A program made the translations under genes and the position numbers. Of a stretch of 64,000 nucleotides of DNA, positions 12,000-24,694 are shown piece after piece. The DNA comes from the human T2T-CHM13v2.0 reference genome, Homo sapiens. The DNA is taken from the NCBI RefSeq assembly GCF_009914755.1, contig NC_060927.1, one strand, 5' to 3'. Position 1 is the first letter of the stretch, and every line of letters starts with the position of its first letter. A model generated the notes under the pieces. That model had not been told where the DNA came from, did not search any database, and saw only the letters and a list, made by a program, of their open reading frames with translations.

Positions 12000-13790
12000 A
12001 ATTTTTGTGACTTCTTAATTCTATTTTTAAAAATTATAATACAGAAAATTTGACTTCTTAACTTATTTAAGTGGACAGTTTTATGAATTTTGATACATGC
12101 ATAGATTTGTGTAACCACTATCATAATTGGGGTACCAAGAGCTCCTTTCTGCTACCCCTCTATAGTCTCCTGTTTCTCCATCCCCCACCCCCAGGGCAAC
12201 CAGTGATTTGTTTTTCATCATGATCCTGTTGTCTTTTTAAATGAAATGATGTATTATGGCAACCTTTTGAGACTGGCTTCTTTCACTCAGCATAATGCCT
12301 GCGAGATTCATCTCAATTGTATCATGTAGTAATAGTTTGTTGCTTTTAATTGCTGAGTAGTATTTCATTGTATGGATGTACCATAATTTGTGTATCCATT
12401 CGCTTGTTGAGGAGAGTGTGGATTGTTTCCAATTTTTGATTATAAATAGAGGACATACATTTTCATTTCTCTAGGGCAAATACCCAGGCAAGCTCTTATT
12501 GAGTCATATGGAAATTGTATGTTTAACTGCTAGATCAGTTTTCAGGGTGCCTGTACCATTTTCCATTACCATCAGCATCAGTGTGAGTTTCAGTTGTTCT
12601 GCCTTTTTGGCAGCACTTGGTATTATCAGTATTTTTTATCTTAGCCATTCTACTATGTGTGTCATGGTATCTCATGGTGATATTAATTTGCATTTCTCTA
12701 GTAAATCATGATGTTGATGATCTTTCATGTGCTTGTTTGCCATCTGTTTATGTTTATCCTCTTTTGTGAAGTGTCTCTTCTAGGTTTTTGCCCAAGTTTC
12801 AATTAGGTTGTTTGTTGTCTTTCTTGAAAGAAAGGAAAAGAAGGGGAAGGAAGGGAAAAGGACAGGTGAGGAGAGGCTGCCTCTTCTCTTAGAGGAGCCC
12901 TGGGAGGCAGGTGTGGCCATGAGGACTGGTCCACACAGGGGAGAGACAATTCTTAGACACGCTAGTTTCTGTTTCTGATCTGTGATGAAGGCCTTCATTT
13001 AAGGAAGACATCTCAGCCAGCTCTGCTTGGGCTTCTTTTCTGTGAATTATTATAAGTGTTAATGGGAGTCTTCATCAAAGCATCATTTAAGAAATATTAC
13101 AAGTTAAGTTCCTCTCACCCTCACAGGTCTGATGACTAAAAATCAGACTTGAAATCAAATTTTTATCCTCTTTAATTGGTGACGTTTTAAGGTGTTGGAT
13201 GCACATGAGAAGAATATCCCACTGGAGTCTGCTGGAAAAAATCTGCTCATTCTGAGATGAGGTCTTAAAGTGGACTTTTCAGGAGTCCACACTCAGTGGA
13301 CCTGTCTCTAACACACAGGTATGTTTCCCTGAACCCTCAGTGCAGTCTATCTTGGCCCTGTCCAAGGACCTCTCTAGAAAGAAAGGGCATGATTTTGATT
13401 TTAAAAATCAAAACTTGAAAGTTTTGAGAGTTCCTTATATATTTTGGATATAAGTCCTTTTGTCGAATATGTGATTTGCAAATATTTTCTTTCAGTCTGT
13501 AACTGATCTCTTTATTCTCTTAATAATGTCTTTCACAAAGCAAACATTTTAAAGTTTGATGAAGTCCAGTTAATCCATATGTTCAAGTTTATCTAACCAA
13601 TTATTTTTCACTTCAGCCAGGTCAAGTTCAATAATTCTTTGCCTAACCTTGGCACAAAGATTTTCTTCTCTGCTGTCTTCTAAAGTTTTATGTTTTACAC
13701 TTAGGTCTATAATCAATTTGAGTTAATTTTTGTTTAAGGCATGCAGCTCATTTTATCATCATTTTGCCTGTGATGTCCAATTATTTCAAC
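12000..13790 (-). mobile_element. L1MC/L1MD-type 3' fragment, interrupted at 12831-13413
   Basis: Antisense L1M text (gactggcttctttcactcagcataatgcc; catctttcatgtgcttgtttgccatctg). It resumes after the insert with ttttgagagttccttatatattttggatataagtcc. Confidence 0.85.
12831..13413. repeat. Composite locally templated insertion (inverted copy of 15363-15677 plus direct copy of 11234-11464)
   Basis: 12832-13146 is the reverse complement of 15363-15677 (12 mismatches/315 bp); 13162-13392 matches 11234-11464. cttgaaag at 12823-12830 and 13414-13421. Confidence 0.93.
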
Positions 13791-13814
13791 ATGGAGAGAG
13801 CTGTATGAGTGGCT

Positions 13815-14120
13815 CTTTCACTTTTTCCAAGCCTTTACTTGAATATTATGTTCTCAGGAACCCTACCCTGTCCACTGCTCCCAGTGTGAATCACCTTCAA
13901 CAGCCTCCCATCTCCCTCCATGGCTTTGTCTTACTTCATGGCACTTATTATAGTGTGAGCTTTACTGATTTATGATGTGTATTGTCTGTCTCTCCTCACT
14001 AGTATGTAGGCTATATGAGGACAGCGGTATTTGAGTGTGTATGTGTGTGTGTATGTAGGGAAAGGATCTGCTTGTTAACTGATGTATCCTGAGTGATTAG
14101 CACGTATTTGAAGAATGAAG
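13815..14120 (+). mobile_element. L2 3' fragment
   Basis: cttcatggcacttatta...tattgtctgtctctcctcactagtatgtaggctatatgagg is the L2 3' signature. Confidence 0.7.
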
Positions 14121-15362
14121 AGGCTGGAGTCCCCTAGGCCACACGGCTGCAGAGGTCCACAGTGCAGGGACAGTTGCTGGGGCTCCAAGGCCAGCAGCAG
14201 CTATCAGATGCGAGCTGGACTCTGTCTCACACGTTCATCAGGCAAAACAGGTTTGTCACAGTTAATGCTCCGAAGCTCTTCTCTCACTCACCCGCCTACC
14301 ATATTGAATGAGGCTAATAAGAACATAAGCAATTAAACCATTTTCCCCATCAGTCTTAAATTATTTGTTCCTTGAAATATAAGCTTTATCCTTTTCTCAC
14401 CCCGATACCTCTTGAAAGAAAGGAAGTGCTCTAATGCCCTGGGAAAATAATCTTAAATTCTAATCAGCCCTCAATCCTGGGTGTTAGAAGTGACTCATAG
14501 ATGAGGTGGTGGGCAGGATGGAGGGGAAAGCTGTTTAGGAGGCAAAGTCGGCTAGAATGGAAGCTTTCAACTGGCTAACAGTGCTTCAACTCCAACAATG
14601 AGGCTTAACTTATCAAGTGTGGGGCCCAGGGAATCTGAGATGCAAGCAGCACAAAGATACAGAGAGACCAGAAGAAAATAAAGCAGATTAAATAAACTGG
14701 GAGTGGGTTTAGTGGATTCTTGTTCTCTGCAAATGGAGCTCCTCCTCTTCATTCTGACCCTACCCTGAGTTCCAACTTACTTTCCTCACCAGTGGCATCA
14801 TTCTGCCCTTGGTCTTTCCAGTAGCAGGTAGAGTCGATGCGTGACATTCAGTCTCCCTGGGTTCTGCTCTGGAATTTATAGGAGGAGCTTAGGGACAACA
14901 GTCTGGATGGATGGGTGGATGGAGCGAGGGCAGCTGGGCTGCATTTGCACAGCAAGCACACTGTTCTTAATGTGAATGTTTATTTGTAGTGCAGGGAGCA
15001 CTGATGGGAATAGGATGAGAGGCAGGCCCTGGCTGGTGAGGGCTGGTGTGAAGCATCTGCAGAGGTTGCTGGTCCTTCTCCTTCCTCAATGCAGGGACAC
15101 TAGTCCCTTTAGGTACCATCCCATCTCCCACCCCAGCATGATGCCCTGCAGATGCAGCAGATCCTGTCAAACAGCCCTGCTCTTTGATTATCTCTGAACA
15201 GCTAAGGCTCCTGGCCTGTTTGAAATTGGGTCACATACTGTTTGTTCTCAGAAAAGCAAACTCATGTTGTCTTCTATTTCCATCTCATTTCCAGCACTGG
15301 ATTGACCAAGTGGGCTAAAATTCTTTTTTGATAAATTTGTTTCAGTTCAATGGGAGGAGCTG

Positions 15363-15677
15363 CTGATTTTTAGTCATCAGACCTGTGAGGGTGAGAGGAA
15401 CTTAACTTGTAATATTTCTTAAATGGTATTTTAATGAAGACTCCCATTAACACTTATAATAATTCACAGAAAAGAAGCCCAAGCAGAGCTGGCTGAGATG
15501 TCTTCCTTAAGTGAAGGTCCTCATCACAGATCAGAAACAGAAAGTAGCATGTCTGAGAATTGCCTCTCCCCTGTGTGGGCCAGTCCTCATGGCCACACCT
15601 GCCTCCCAGGGCTCCTCTAAGAGAAGAGGCAGCCTCTCCTCACCTGTCCTTTTCCCTTCCTTCCCCTTCTTTTCCTT
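15363..15677. repeat. Source segment of a local inverted duplication (copy at 12832-13146)
   Basis: Reverse-complement identity ~96%; also visible as near-identical ORF-track peptides 12780..12998(-) and 15511..15702(+). Confidence 0.95.
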
Positions 15678-15770
15678 CTCCTTCAGAGCATCCTTGCTAT
15701 GAGTCAATGCTGCATGTGGGGCTTCTTAACTGTACAGAGAGCATCTGGATCTTGAGGTCTTTCTCTAAGA

Positions 15771-16040
15771 GTGTGTGTGTATATATATAAATATCTATAT
15801 CATACGTGTTTATATATAAAATATTTATATATAAATATATAAGTATATTATATATCTTTTATATAACATATAAAAGAGGTAATATATATTATATGTATTA
15901 TAAATATCTAATATATATTAAATATATACTATACATTATATATTTATTATAAATATATATTATTATATATTTATTATAAATATATATTATTATATATTAT
16001 AAATATATTATATATTAAATATATATAATGTATATTAAAG
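15771..16040. repeat. AT-rich (TA)n-like low-complexity tract
   Basis: About 260 bp of almost pure A/T with tatat/ataa subunits. Confidence 0.95.
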
Positions 16041-16872
16041 AGGTAATGTCAAAACAGGGTTACAAAAATTGCCGTAATATTTGCATTCAACAAACAAGTA
16101 CTTTTAACACAAAAATTGCAATACTGTGTGTTATGCTACAAGAAGAGACTTGACAGATTTATAAAATGTATACATGCACAGGGACCAAGAGGCAGGCTGG
16201 TTGGACAATGGGACACAATTTGAAGTTGTGGATGGACTTCTCATTTCAGTCCTGTGAGTGTATTTCACTCAGTGTGAATTTGAGGCCTTTCTTGAATGGG
16301 AGCAGGCCAAATGGCCGTCCTGCCTTGCTGTGACAACCCTATTTGGACCTAGAGTCTGGGTGGGTGGGCAGCTCTGACAGAGTTATGTCCCTTGTGTTCC
16401 TGCACATCCCAGGTTGGGCCTCAGCTGCCCATCTCTGGCCCAGGGGGGTTGGTCTGGCTTCCCTTCTTGCTCCCTCCACAGCCTGGATAGGTGTTCCAGC
16501 AATAAGGCATTGGAGTCTGATTCAGATCATAGATAAATCTGGCACAGTTACTTACCTTTCTTGGGTGTGGGGAATGTGTCCTCCTGCAGGAGCTCCAGCT
16601 GTGGCACACCCTGTAGTCTCAGGTGTGCAGCCCTTTCCAAGGGCAGACACACAACAACAGGATTGCTTTCTCTGGCTGTGTTCACTGGCTCCCTTGCCTT
16701 CTTCAGGGATGGGGACAGTGAGAACCTGATAGTGAAGGGCAGGGTTGACCAACAAGGTCCACAGCAAGTTTCTGGCTCAGCCTGGAAGAGATGCCCCTGC
16801 TTCTTTAACCAATGGTAGGTCTGGCAGTGGGAGAGGAACCGAGCAGAAGCACTCCTTGTCTGTCTTCTAGTC

Positions 16873-17178
<306 letters not shown>

Positions 17179-17651
17179 TGTCTTCTAGTCTTAAAAAATA
17201 AATTATCTGAGCAGAATTAAAATGCCAAGGGTTGGTAGGAGTGGGATAGGGTAGGGCTTGTCAAAAAGCCTTGGGAGAAAGCATTTCCGGAATACTCAAT
17301 CCTAGAGAAAATCTCTGCAGCTGCAGGATTCAAGGCTTGGCCTGGAGAGTATACCTTATTCCTTTAGGGAAATGCTGAGAGGTTTTGTCTGACCTGGAAA
17401 AACAAGAGGAGCATGTCTGCAGGAGAGAGGACCCAAAGGCCAGCAGGAAGTTGGTGATTTGGCTGGAAGGCAAGTCTTCAGAGAGTGCTGTGAAGTGATA
17501 TAGAGCTGCATATGGGCTGGAGGAATATCCCATTTCTCTGCCTTTATCCTTTATCCAGTCACAGTGGTCTCTGACCACACCCTAGTTCATCTCCTCTCCC
17601 CAGATACATCTTCCTAAATCCAAGACTCAGTCACAGGTAAGCATTCAAGGA

Positions 17652-17712
17652 TGCACGCGTGCGCACACATACATACACACACATGCGCACAAACACACAC
17701 ACATACACACAC
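17652..17712. repeat. Imperfect (CA)n / alternating purine-pyrimidine tract
   Basis: tgcacgcgtgcgcacacatacatacacacacatgcgcac... Confidence 0.85.
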
Positions 17713-17730
17713 GGGCCCCAAACCCAGTTT

Positions 17731-17977
17731 GTTTAAGAGTGTAGACTCTGGAGCCAGACTGCCTGGGTTGGAACTCTGGTGCTACCACTTACTAGCTGTA
17801 TGACCTTGGGGTAAGTTACTTTACCTTTCTGTGCGTTGCTTTCCTCGTTGTAAAATGGGATTGATAGTAATCTATTTCCTAGGGTGTTATGGGAATTGAG
17901 TGAATTAATGCTTGTAAAGTGCCTAAAACACTGCTGGCCCTCAGAGAACATTCAGTATGTATTAGCTGTTATTATTT
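17731..17977 (+). mobile_element. MIR SINE, near full length
   Basis: ttaagagtgtagactctggagccagactgcctgggtt...actagctgtatgaccttggg...tgtaaaatggg...attagctgttattatt. Confidence 0.92.
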
Positions 17978-19019
17978 TCCACCTTGCATGCATAGCGTGC
18001 TGTGTCCCCACCCCTGCCCCACCTCTTCAACGCCAACAGTTTAAATTGTGAATCTCATCAACCCTTCTTCAAGCCTTGCCTAAACTCTACCTCTTGTGTG
18101 AAGAGTTTTTGATTTCCTGCTCCAGTGCCAGCTGACATCCTAATGGCCTCTTGTTGGCACCTGCCTCAGCATATTGCCTGTTTCTTTCCTCTTTGCCCTT
18201 TTGTTTCCCAAGTCCTTGAGTCAGACTGTGAGCTCCCCAAAGCAGTCCGCAGTCCCATGACTTCATCTCTGATCCGTGGCAGCATTTTCCTGTTTCCAGC
18301 ACGGGAGGGGCTCTCAGCACACCCTTCCTGCTTGAGCTGCTCCTGTGCCTTGCACCTCCCTGCCCTTCTTCCTTCTCTGCTCTCCTCTCCCCTCCCTGCC
18401 ACTGCCCATCCTCTCTGTGTCTCTTTTTTCCTCCCCTCTCTCCATCTCTTCCCTTTTGATTCTCCTTGCTTCTCTGACCTCCCCCACCTCTCTCTTAATG
18501 AGAACTTTCACACATCATATTGATTTGGAGTTTCAAAAAGCCGGCATTGATTTTTCTGGGAGACTTTTCATGATCTTATTTTTAAATGTAGGAAGAAGGC
18601 TGTTTCCAAAGCTGTTGACTTTGTTCTATTGAGTTAGGGAGTCGATGTTGGAAACTTTTATGGGGACTCAGAGAGCTCAGGGACCTGAGATGCCATATCT
18701 AATGAGCTGGGATCAGGGTTGCCATCCCTTTTGCAGGCCTGAGTTTGGTGGCAGAGAGCCTTGGGCAGGGCAGGGGATGCAGAACTGGGGTGGATTTCTG
18801 GGTAAGGCTAAAGAGCATGTACAGAGAGTGAGCAAAGTCAAAACAGAAATACTATAGGCTGTAAGAGAGTGAAGGGTAGGCTTAGGGGGAAGAATAGTGG
18901 TGGGAATTTGCTGTGGGGGGCCACAGCTCCTGACACTCTGCTACTCTGGCATCAGAGACAGCCTCCCAGGACTGTCTCCCCTAGCCCCTCATGCAACACA
19001 TACTGACCCAACACCCAGC

Positions 19020-19165
19020 ACCAATGTACTGCCTGGTCCTGTACTGAGGGCTTTGCTTACATGATCTCATTTAATCTTACCAATAACTTCAGGAGGCAGG
19101 TCACATTATTTACATCTCACTTTATGGATAAGGAGTCATTATAGGCATAGGTTAAAGTTAGTGAA
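19020..19165 (-). mobile_element. MIR relic
   Basis: ctttgcttacatgatctcatttaatcttaccaataac antisense MIR. Confidence 0.6.
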
Positions 19166-21899
19166 GAACAGTGTTTTTTTTTTAAACTATTCGTAAGGAT
19201 AGAATAATAGAAAGATTTAAGAGGGCAGGGGGGGAGTGAGAAAGACAACATCTTGCCTCCTAAAGGGCATGTGCAGATGCATACATGTGCACACATATTG
19301 GCCACATTAAATCTTCTGGAGATGAGGCCAGACATATAAAAACAAACAAACAGAATCAAGCCACTAGATGAGGATATAGGATGAAAGGGAAATAAAGACA
19401 GAGAAATAAGATGATATGTGGCTGAAGGTCCTGACACCCATAACCAGAAGTGGGTGGATTAACAGAATGCAGAATGGAACAGGCACCTGGAGGGAGTCTG
19501 CCTTGGCCTGGGTCCTGGATGGGGTATTTCAGGCCCTCTGTACGGGTTAGTTAGTTGTCACCAGGTCAGATCCACACACACACCCCTGCTCTTGCCAGGT
19601 TCTGCAGCCATTAACTGGGACTGCCGTTCCCCTACATGAATTCAGAGATCTATGGGAGCAGCTAGGGAGGAGCAGGCACAGATGTCATCTGAGAGATTCC
19701 AGGGCAAGAGCAGAGAGGAGGCGCCAAGGACAGGATGGGATGAATGCAACAGCTCCTTTGCACTGCAGCCTGGCAGCCCCCTGGCAAATGCAGGAGAACA
19801 GCTCCTCACCTGACTCAATAAAGGCAGCACTGGGCAGGGTCAATTCACCAGGAAGTTGAAAGGTGATCAAACCACACTGAGATGACAGGAAACCTTTGGC
19901 CTGCTTGCTAACTTTCTAATATCATCAAAGATAAATCTAATTTTGTCGCAGGACAGTTTGTCTTGTTTGGTTTGAAACATTCTTGCTCTCCTTTTTATCT
20001 AGCGAGCTTCTCTGGTGTTGCATCTCAGCTTAGGGTTCACTTTCTCCAGACGTCACCCCATCTCCTCCTCTATGCATCTGTAACACCCATCATGGCCCAA
20101 ACATTTCTTCTGTGATGCCACATATTCTTCCATAAACAACCTTATATGCAAAACTGCACTCCAAATAGCAGTGCTTATGGGGTTAAAAAAAAAGGTTAGG
20201 GCTTGTCCTTCAACACCTGCAGGAGTTTGTATCAAAAGCCCTAAGAAAAACAACCATCCTAATAGAAACAGCAGCTCAGATAAATCTCTTGCACCCAGCC
20301 TCCCAGTAGGTGGAGACTTTGTGGCCTTGAACTCTGGGGCTCTGCCTTCTCCTTGGAAATGTAGGTGCTAGAGGGCATTCATTTCTATTTGAAACCCAGT
20401 TCATCAACATTACAACTCTGACAATTTTTATTTGACAATTTTACTTCAATAAAGCTGAGGAACAATTCTGAAATTTCCTTGAGGATGTTTTCACACAGGA
20501 GGAATGTCTTTGTAGCTTCTCCATCTGCATTTTCACCTTCACAGCTTAGCAGAATGGTGGAGTAGAGGTGCTTGAAGCCTCCAAACCACCCACAATGTAC
20601 ACTAGAGGAGGCACTTGTGCAGACTTTCAGCTTGTGCTTCACACTCCTCAAGGCACCGCCACTGTTGCGAGTGGCCTGGGATGTGAAGGAGAATGCCTTG
20701 GAAAATCTCTAGCTCCAGGCCTGTGGCCTTTCAGCAAGGTGTGCTCTGGGAGGGGTGGATGGACCTGCAGAAAATCCATCTTCACGAAGAATGGACTCCT
20801 GCATCCTGCATTCCTTTAATTCTCACTCTAGAGCCCATGCCGTGGCAGACTCCCCCGCAAATACCTGTTCCTTCATTTACATGCCTTCATTTCAAGAAAA
20901 ATAGTAAAGACCAAGAATGTATCTGGCAGACTTTCCTTCAGTGGCCAGGACATCCTTGTTTGTCCCTTTTTCTCCACATCCCCTGCCTCCATTTCTCCTG
21001 CCATGCTGACCACATTCAGTCTTCTCCAGGGCCAAGGCTCACCTGGGCCCCCTGACTTGCTCCTGGTGAAGTACCTGCTTTGGTTTTCCATCTGTGTGTA
21101 GAGGGTGCTCCTTTGTTTTCTGCGACTTTCCCTCAACATCCTCCCCTCTGCCTTCTCAGCTTCTTCTCCAGCCCCCTCCATCATTGGGAGGATGGATTTG
21201 TCTATTCCCCTAAAACACCTAGAGCCCACAGTTTGCTCCACAGAGGGATAGGAGTAGAGGCCTGACCCCAGGAGATGTTGGAAACCACCTTAAGCCCTGT
21301 AACAGAGCTGGCACCAGAGCCTCCTGCCGTCCCAGCCCTGGTTCTACCTGTGAAGGAGAGAATGGAAGGAGGCACTTGCCTGATGCCATCCATTCTGTTT
21401 TTCTTTCCACAGTGTCCAGGCCTTTTTGGAGGATCCTTAGACAGCAGGATTGACATTGGAGGAGCCTGGTATTTCTGCCACACTCACACAGCCTCCTCTG
21501 CATCCACCCCCTCTGAGGAAGCAGGTGACTTGCTTGTGGAGCCTCAAAAATGGAAGATCCAAGTTTTCCCTTTCTCCCCTCAGAAGCCCTCCACTCCTGC
21601 AATCCACTGAGTTACAAGTCCTATCCATTCCACTGTGGAAGAGCTCAACCTTCCCTTTCTCTCTGCTGCCCCTACCCTAAGCCACTGTAGTTGGGCTCTC
21701 TCTTGTCTTCCGGGATCCTGCCCTGGCCCCTCAGTGCATCTTCCACATGGTTGCTCCAGGGATTTTCCCAAAAAGTAAAGCTGGTCCTGTCGACCTATGG
21801 GAGGCTCTTCTTTAGATGTCTTCATTACTCCCATAAAAAAGTCTGAAAACCCTGCCTTAGCACCAGGGCATTTAGCAATCTGCCCCCACCCCTCCTCTC

Positions 21900-22310
21900 T
21901 AGCTCCATCTCCTGCAGCCCCACTTTAAGTATCTGGCCACTCGGTGCTAAGGGGTTCCCAGAACTGAGTCTGGTCTTTCATGCTCCAATGTCACCTACAC
22001 ACTCTTTCCTCTTCCTGGATTTCCCTTCTCTTTCCTTTCAGTTGGCACAACTCCAGGTCTGCTGAAACAGTTCAGCCTTACTAAGCCTTCCCTGTCTGTA
22101 GTAGGCCTTGCTTCAGTGTCCCCAGTGCTTTTTAGCATCTGACTCCAGTGTCATTGGTTGCACTAGACAGGCAGAGTGCTCTTGCCTGGTCCTCCCATGA
22201 GACTGTGAGCTGTGGCAGGACAGCCTCCAGGTTGCTCCTGTGGCTCTGGCACCTAGCATGGTGGAGCTATTAGGAGAAACTCACCGCAGATGTGTGGAAT
22301 GAATAAGAGA
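21900..22310 (+). mobile_element. L2 3' relic
   Basis: cccatgagactgtgagctgtggcagg...cacctagcatgg...atgtgtggaatgaataa tail. Confidence 0.55.
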
Positions 22311-23036
22311 GCATTGTGGGACCTACCCAGTAACCTGAGAGGTGGCAACACTACTGCCATCTGGCTTCAGAGGAGTAAAATAGGACCAGCTTTCTTGGGT
22401 TTTCTCCTCCATGATGTTGTCCTCATGGAGGGTGGGGCCAGGGGCCTTGGGGTCTGGCATCCCAAAACCAGGCAAACACTTAGGATTTCTGGCCTCATAA
22501 TGTGGCTTATAAAAGCTTCCAAGGAAACAAAATCAAAATGTTAGAGGATTTTTCTTTGGGGAAATAATTACTCTCATCTTATATTTAGAATGGTACAGTG
22601 TCTTCTACTTTGTGATTTGACTGACAGAGAAGTGTATTTGAACTATTTTTAACTTGGAATATTAAGAAGAAGAAATCAAGTGATTAGATCTTTGGAAGCT
22701 ATTGTATAATTCTTAAACTTTGGTAAAGGAGCATGTTCAAAGGGGGAAAAAAAGGCCAACCAGATTGGCACGTTTCAGTTCTTTCTGTAACTTTAGACTT
22801 TTATTCCAAAGGAATCCATTGTCTTTAGAAAGGCAGCCAAGGATGTGCCTGTGTATGTTTGTGTAAAAGTCACTCCATTCTCCATAAATAGCTTCAGATT
22901 ATGGTCTTCACTTCAAGAAGACATTTTAGAAAGGGCTTCTCTCACTCCATTGACAGCAACAGTGAGCGTTTGTACAGGGCTAAGCAAGTTACACTTTCCC
23001 ATTTGCTTTTTAAACAATCTTATAAGGGAGTTACTA

Positions 23037-23217
23037 CAGATGGCCCCCAACTTACAATGGTTCAACTTATGATTTTTCAACTTTATAATGGTGCAAAAGT
23101 AATATGTATTTGTGTAGAAACCATATAGATTAAACTATGATGTTAGGTGTATTAAATGCATTTTCAGCTTATAATGGGTTGATCAGGAGCAACCCATTGT
23201 AAGTCGAGGAGCATCTG
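23037..23217 (-). mobile_element. TcMar-Tigger MITE (MER47A-like), internally deleted
   Basis: ~24-bp TIRs cagatggcccccaacttacaatgg / ccattgtaagtcgaggagcatctg, flanked by TA on both sides (23035-36, 23218-19). Confidence 0.88.
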
Positions 23218-23448
23218 TAGTCTGTTGATGATTTTCTTTGTTTTGTAGAGGGAAAAAAATGGAAACAAGAGTGCTTGAATGACCAACCCAAGACCATCTA
23301 GTCAGTATATGGTTGTAGGTGGTATTTGTGTCTAGACCCTCTCTCCCTTAATCAGTTTTTTTTGTTGTTGTTGTTACTTTGCGGCCCAAATGCAAAAGTC
23401 ATTTGGGTTATCCCACATTGCACTGCTGGAGACCTTAACTGGAAAGAT

Positions 23449-23955
23449 TGTGTTTTTATTACCAATTGCTGCATAGCAAAACACCTCAATGGTAGTTTTT
23501 GACAGGGCATGACAGGAATGAGTTATTTCTGCTTCATTATATCTGGGGCCTCAGCTGCAAAATTTGAATGGCTGGGAGATGGAATCATCCAGAGACTTAT
23601 CACATGCATGGTACCTGGACTGAGATGACCAGAAGGCAGAACTCATCTGAGACTGTTGACTGGAACTCTCAGATATGCCCTCTGCATGTGACTTGAGCTT
23701 CCTCATAGCATGGTGGTCTCGGTGCAATTGGATTTCTTATGTGGTGCTTCAGGATTCTAAAGGAGACTGTTCCAGTGAAGAAGGAAAAAGCTTTATGGCT
23801 TTTATGACTCAGTCTCAGAAATCACATATGATCACTTCTGCCATACCCGATTGGTTGAAGAAGTCACAAGCCCAGCCAGATTCAAGAGGAAGAGATAGAT
23901 GCCACTTCCTAATGGGAAGGGTGTCAAGAATTTGAAGCCTTTACTTACACTCACA
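23449..23955 (-). mobile_element. MLT1 (H/I-like) MaLR LTR
   Basis: attgctgcatagcaaaacacc...ctggggcctcagctg...ccagattcaagaggaagagatagatgccacttc antisense MLT1. Confidence 0.7.
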
Positions 23956-24694
23956 AGAAACTGTTTCTCTTCTGACTAGATTGCCCAATGTACAGTGCTA
24001 TCTAGAAGAAAGTAAACGAGCAAGATAATCTCTAGAGATCTAGAGAGAATTGCTAGCAATGGGCTCTAGATTTCTCCATCCACATGAGAAGAGAGGCCTG
24101 ACAGATTGTTCCATTTAGTTCTCCCTGGCATACCAGGTCAGAGAAGAGGTGACTCTTGCCATCCTTTGCTGAGGATAAATACTCAAGGCATGTGTGTCTT
24201 CATGTAAGATGAGTTACCTGGCACCAGGCTAGGCTAGGGGCTTAAGTATTATATGGCTTGAGGATTCCCTGCCTGCTGCTCGTAAGTCATAACATTGTAT
24301 CACCTTGGAGGGACAATATTTCCTCTGCCACAATCCTTCAGAATAAAGGTACTAGGAACCTTTGTGAGTGAGGAGAAGCCAAAGAAACAGATTCCTGGGA
24401 ATTCAAGGTACTTTATCCATGAGCTCAACAGGTTCCTCTCCTTCAAGCCTTAATCAAGGGATATAAGCACAGGGCAAGCAGGGTATCAGACCTTACAGGA
24501 TCATCTTTGTTGTACCAAACCATTGCTAACACACTGGGGTCTCCTGAAACACAGATTCACTATCTGCTTTATTCTTGGTAGTCAAAGGTAGCCCCAAATA
24601 ACCTTTTATATCTCATTTCCCACATGGTGCTCCTCTTACCAGCACTCTGACCATGCTAGATTTTTGTCATTAGATCATCATGATTAACTGTACC

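Noticed and set aside
12008-12061. tgacttcttaa repeated twice
   Set aside because: Short AT-rich repeat at the L1 tail; no further structure.
12780-15702. Two near-identical short ORFs (MKAFITDQKQK / MKVLITDQKQK) suggesting a paralogous gene pair
   Set aside because: A by-product of the inverted duplication; no coding or promoter evidence.
20360-20385. CTCF-like gtgctagagggcat
   Set aside because: Only a partial motif match; not supportable without data.
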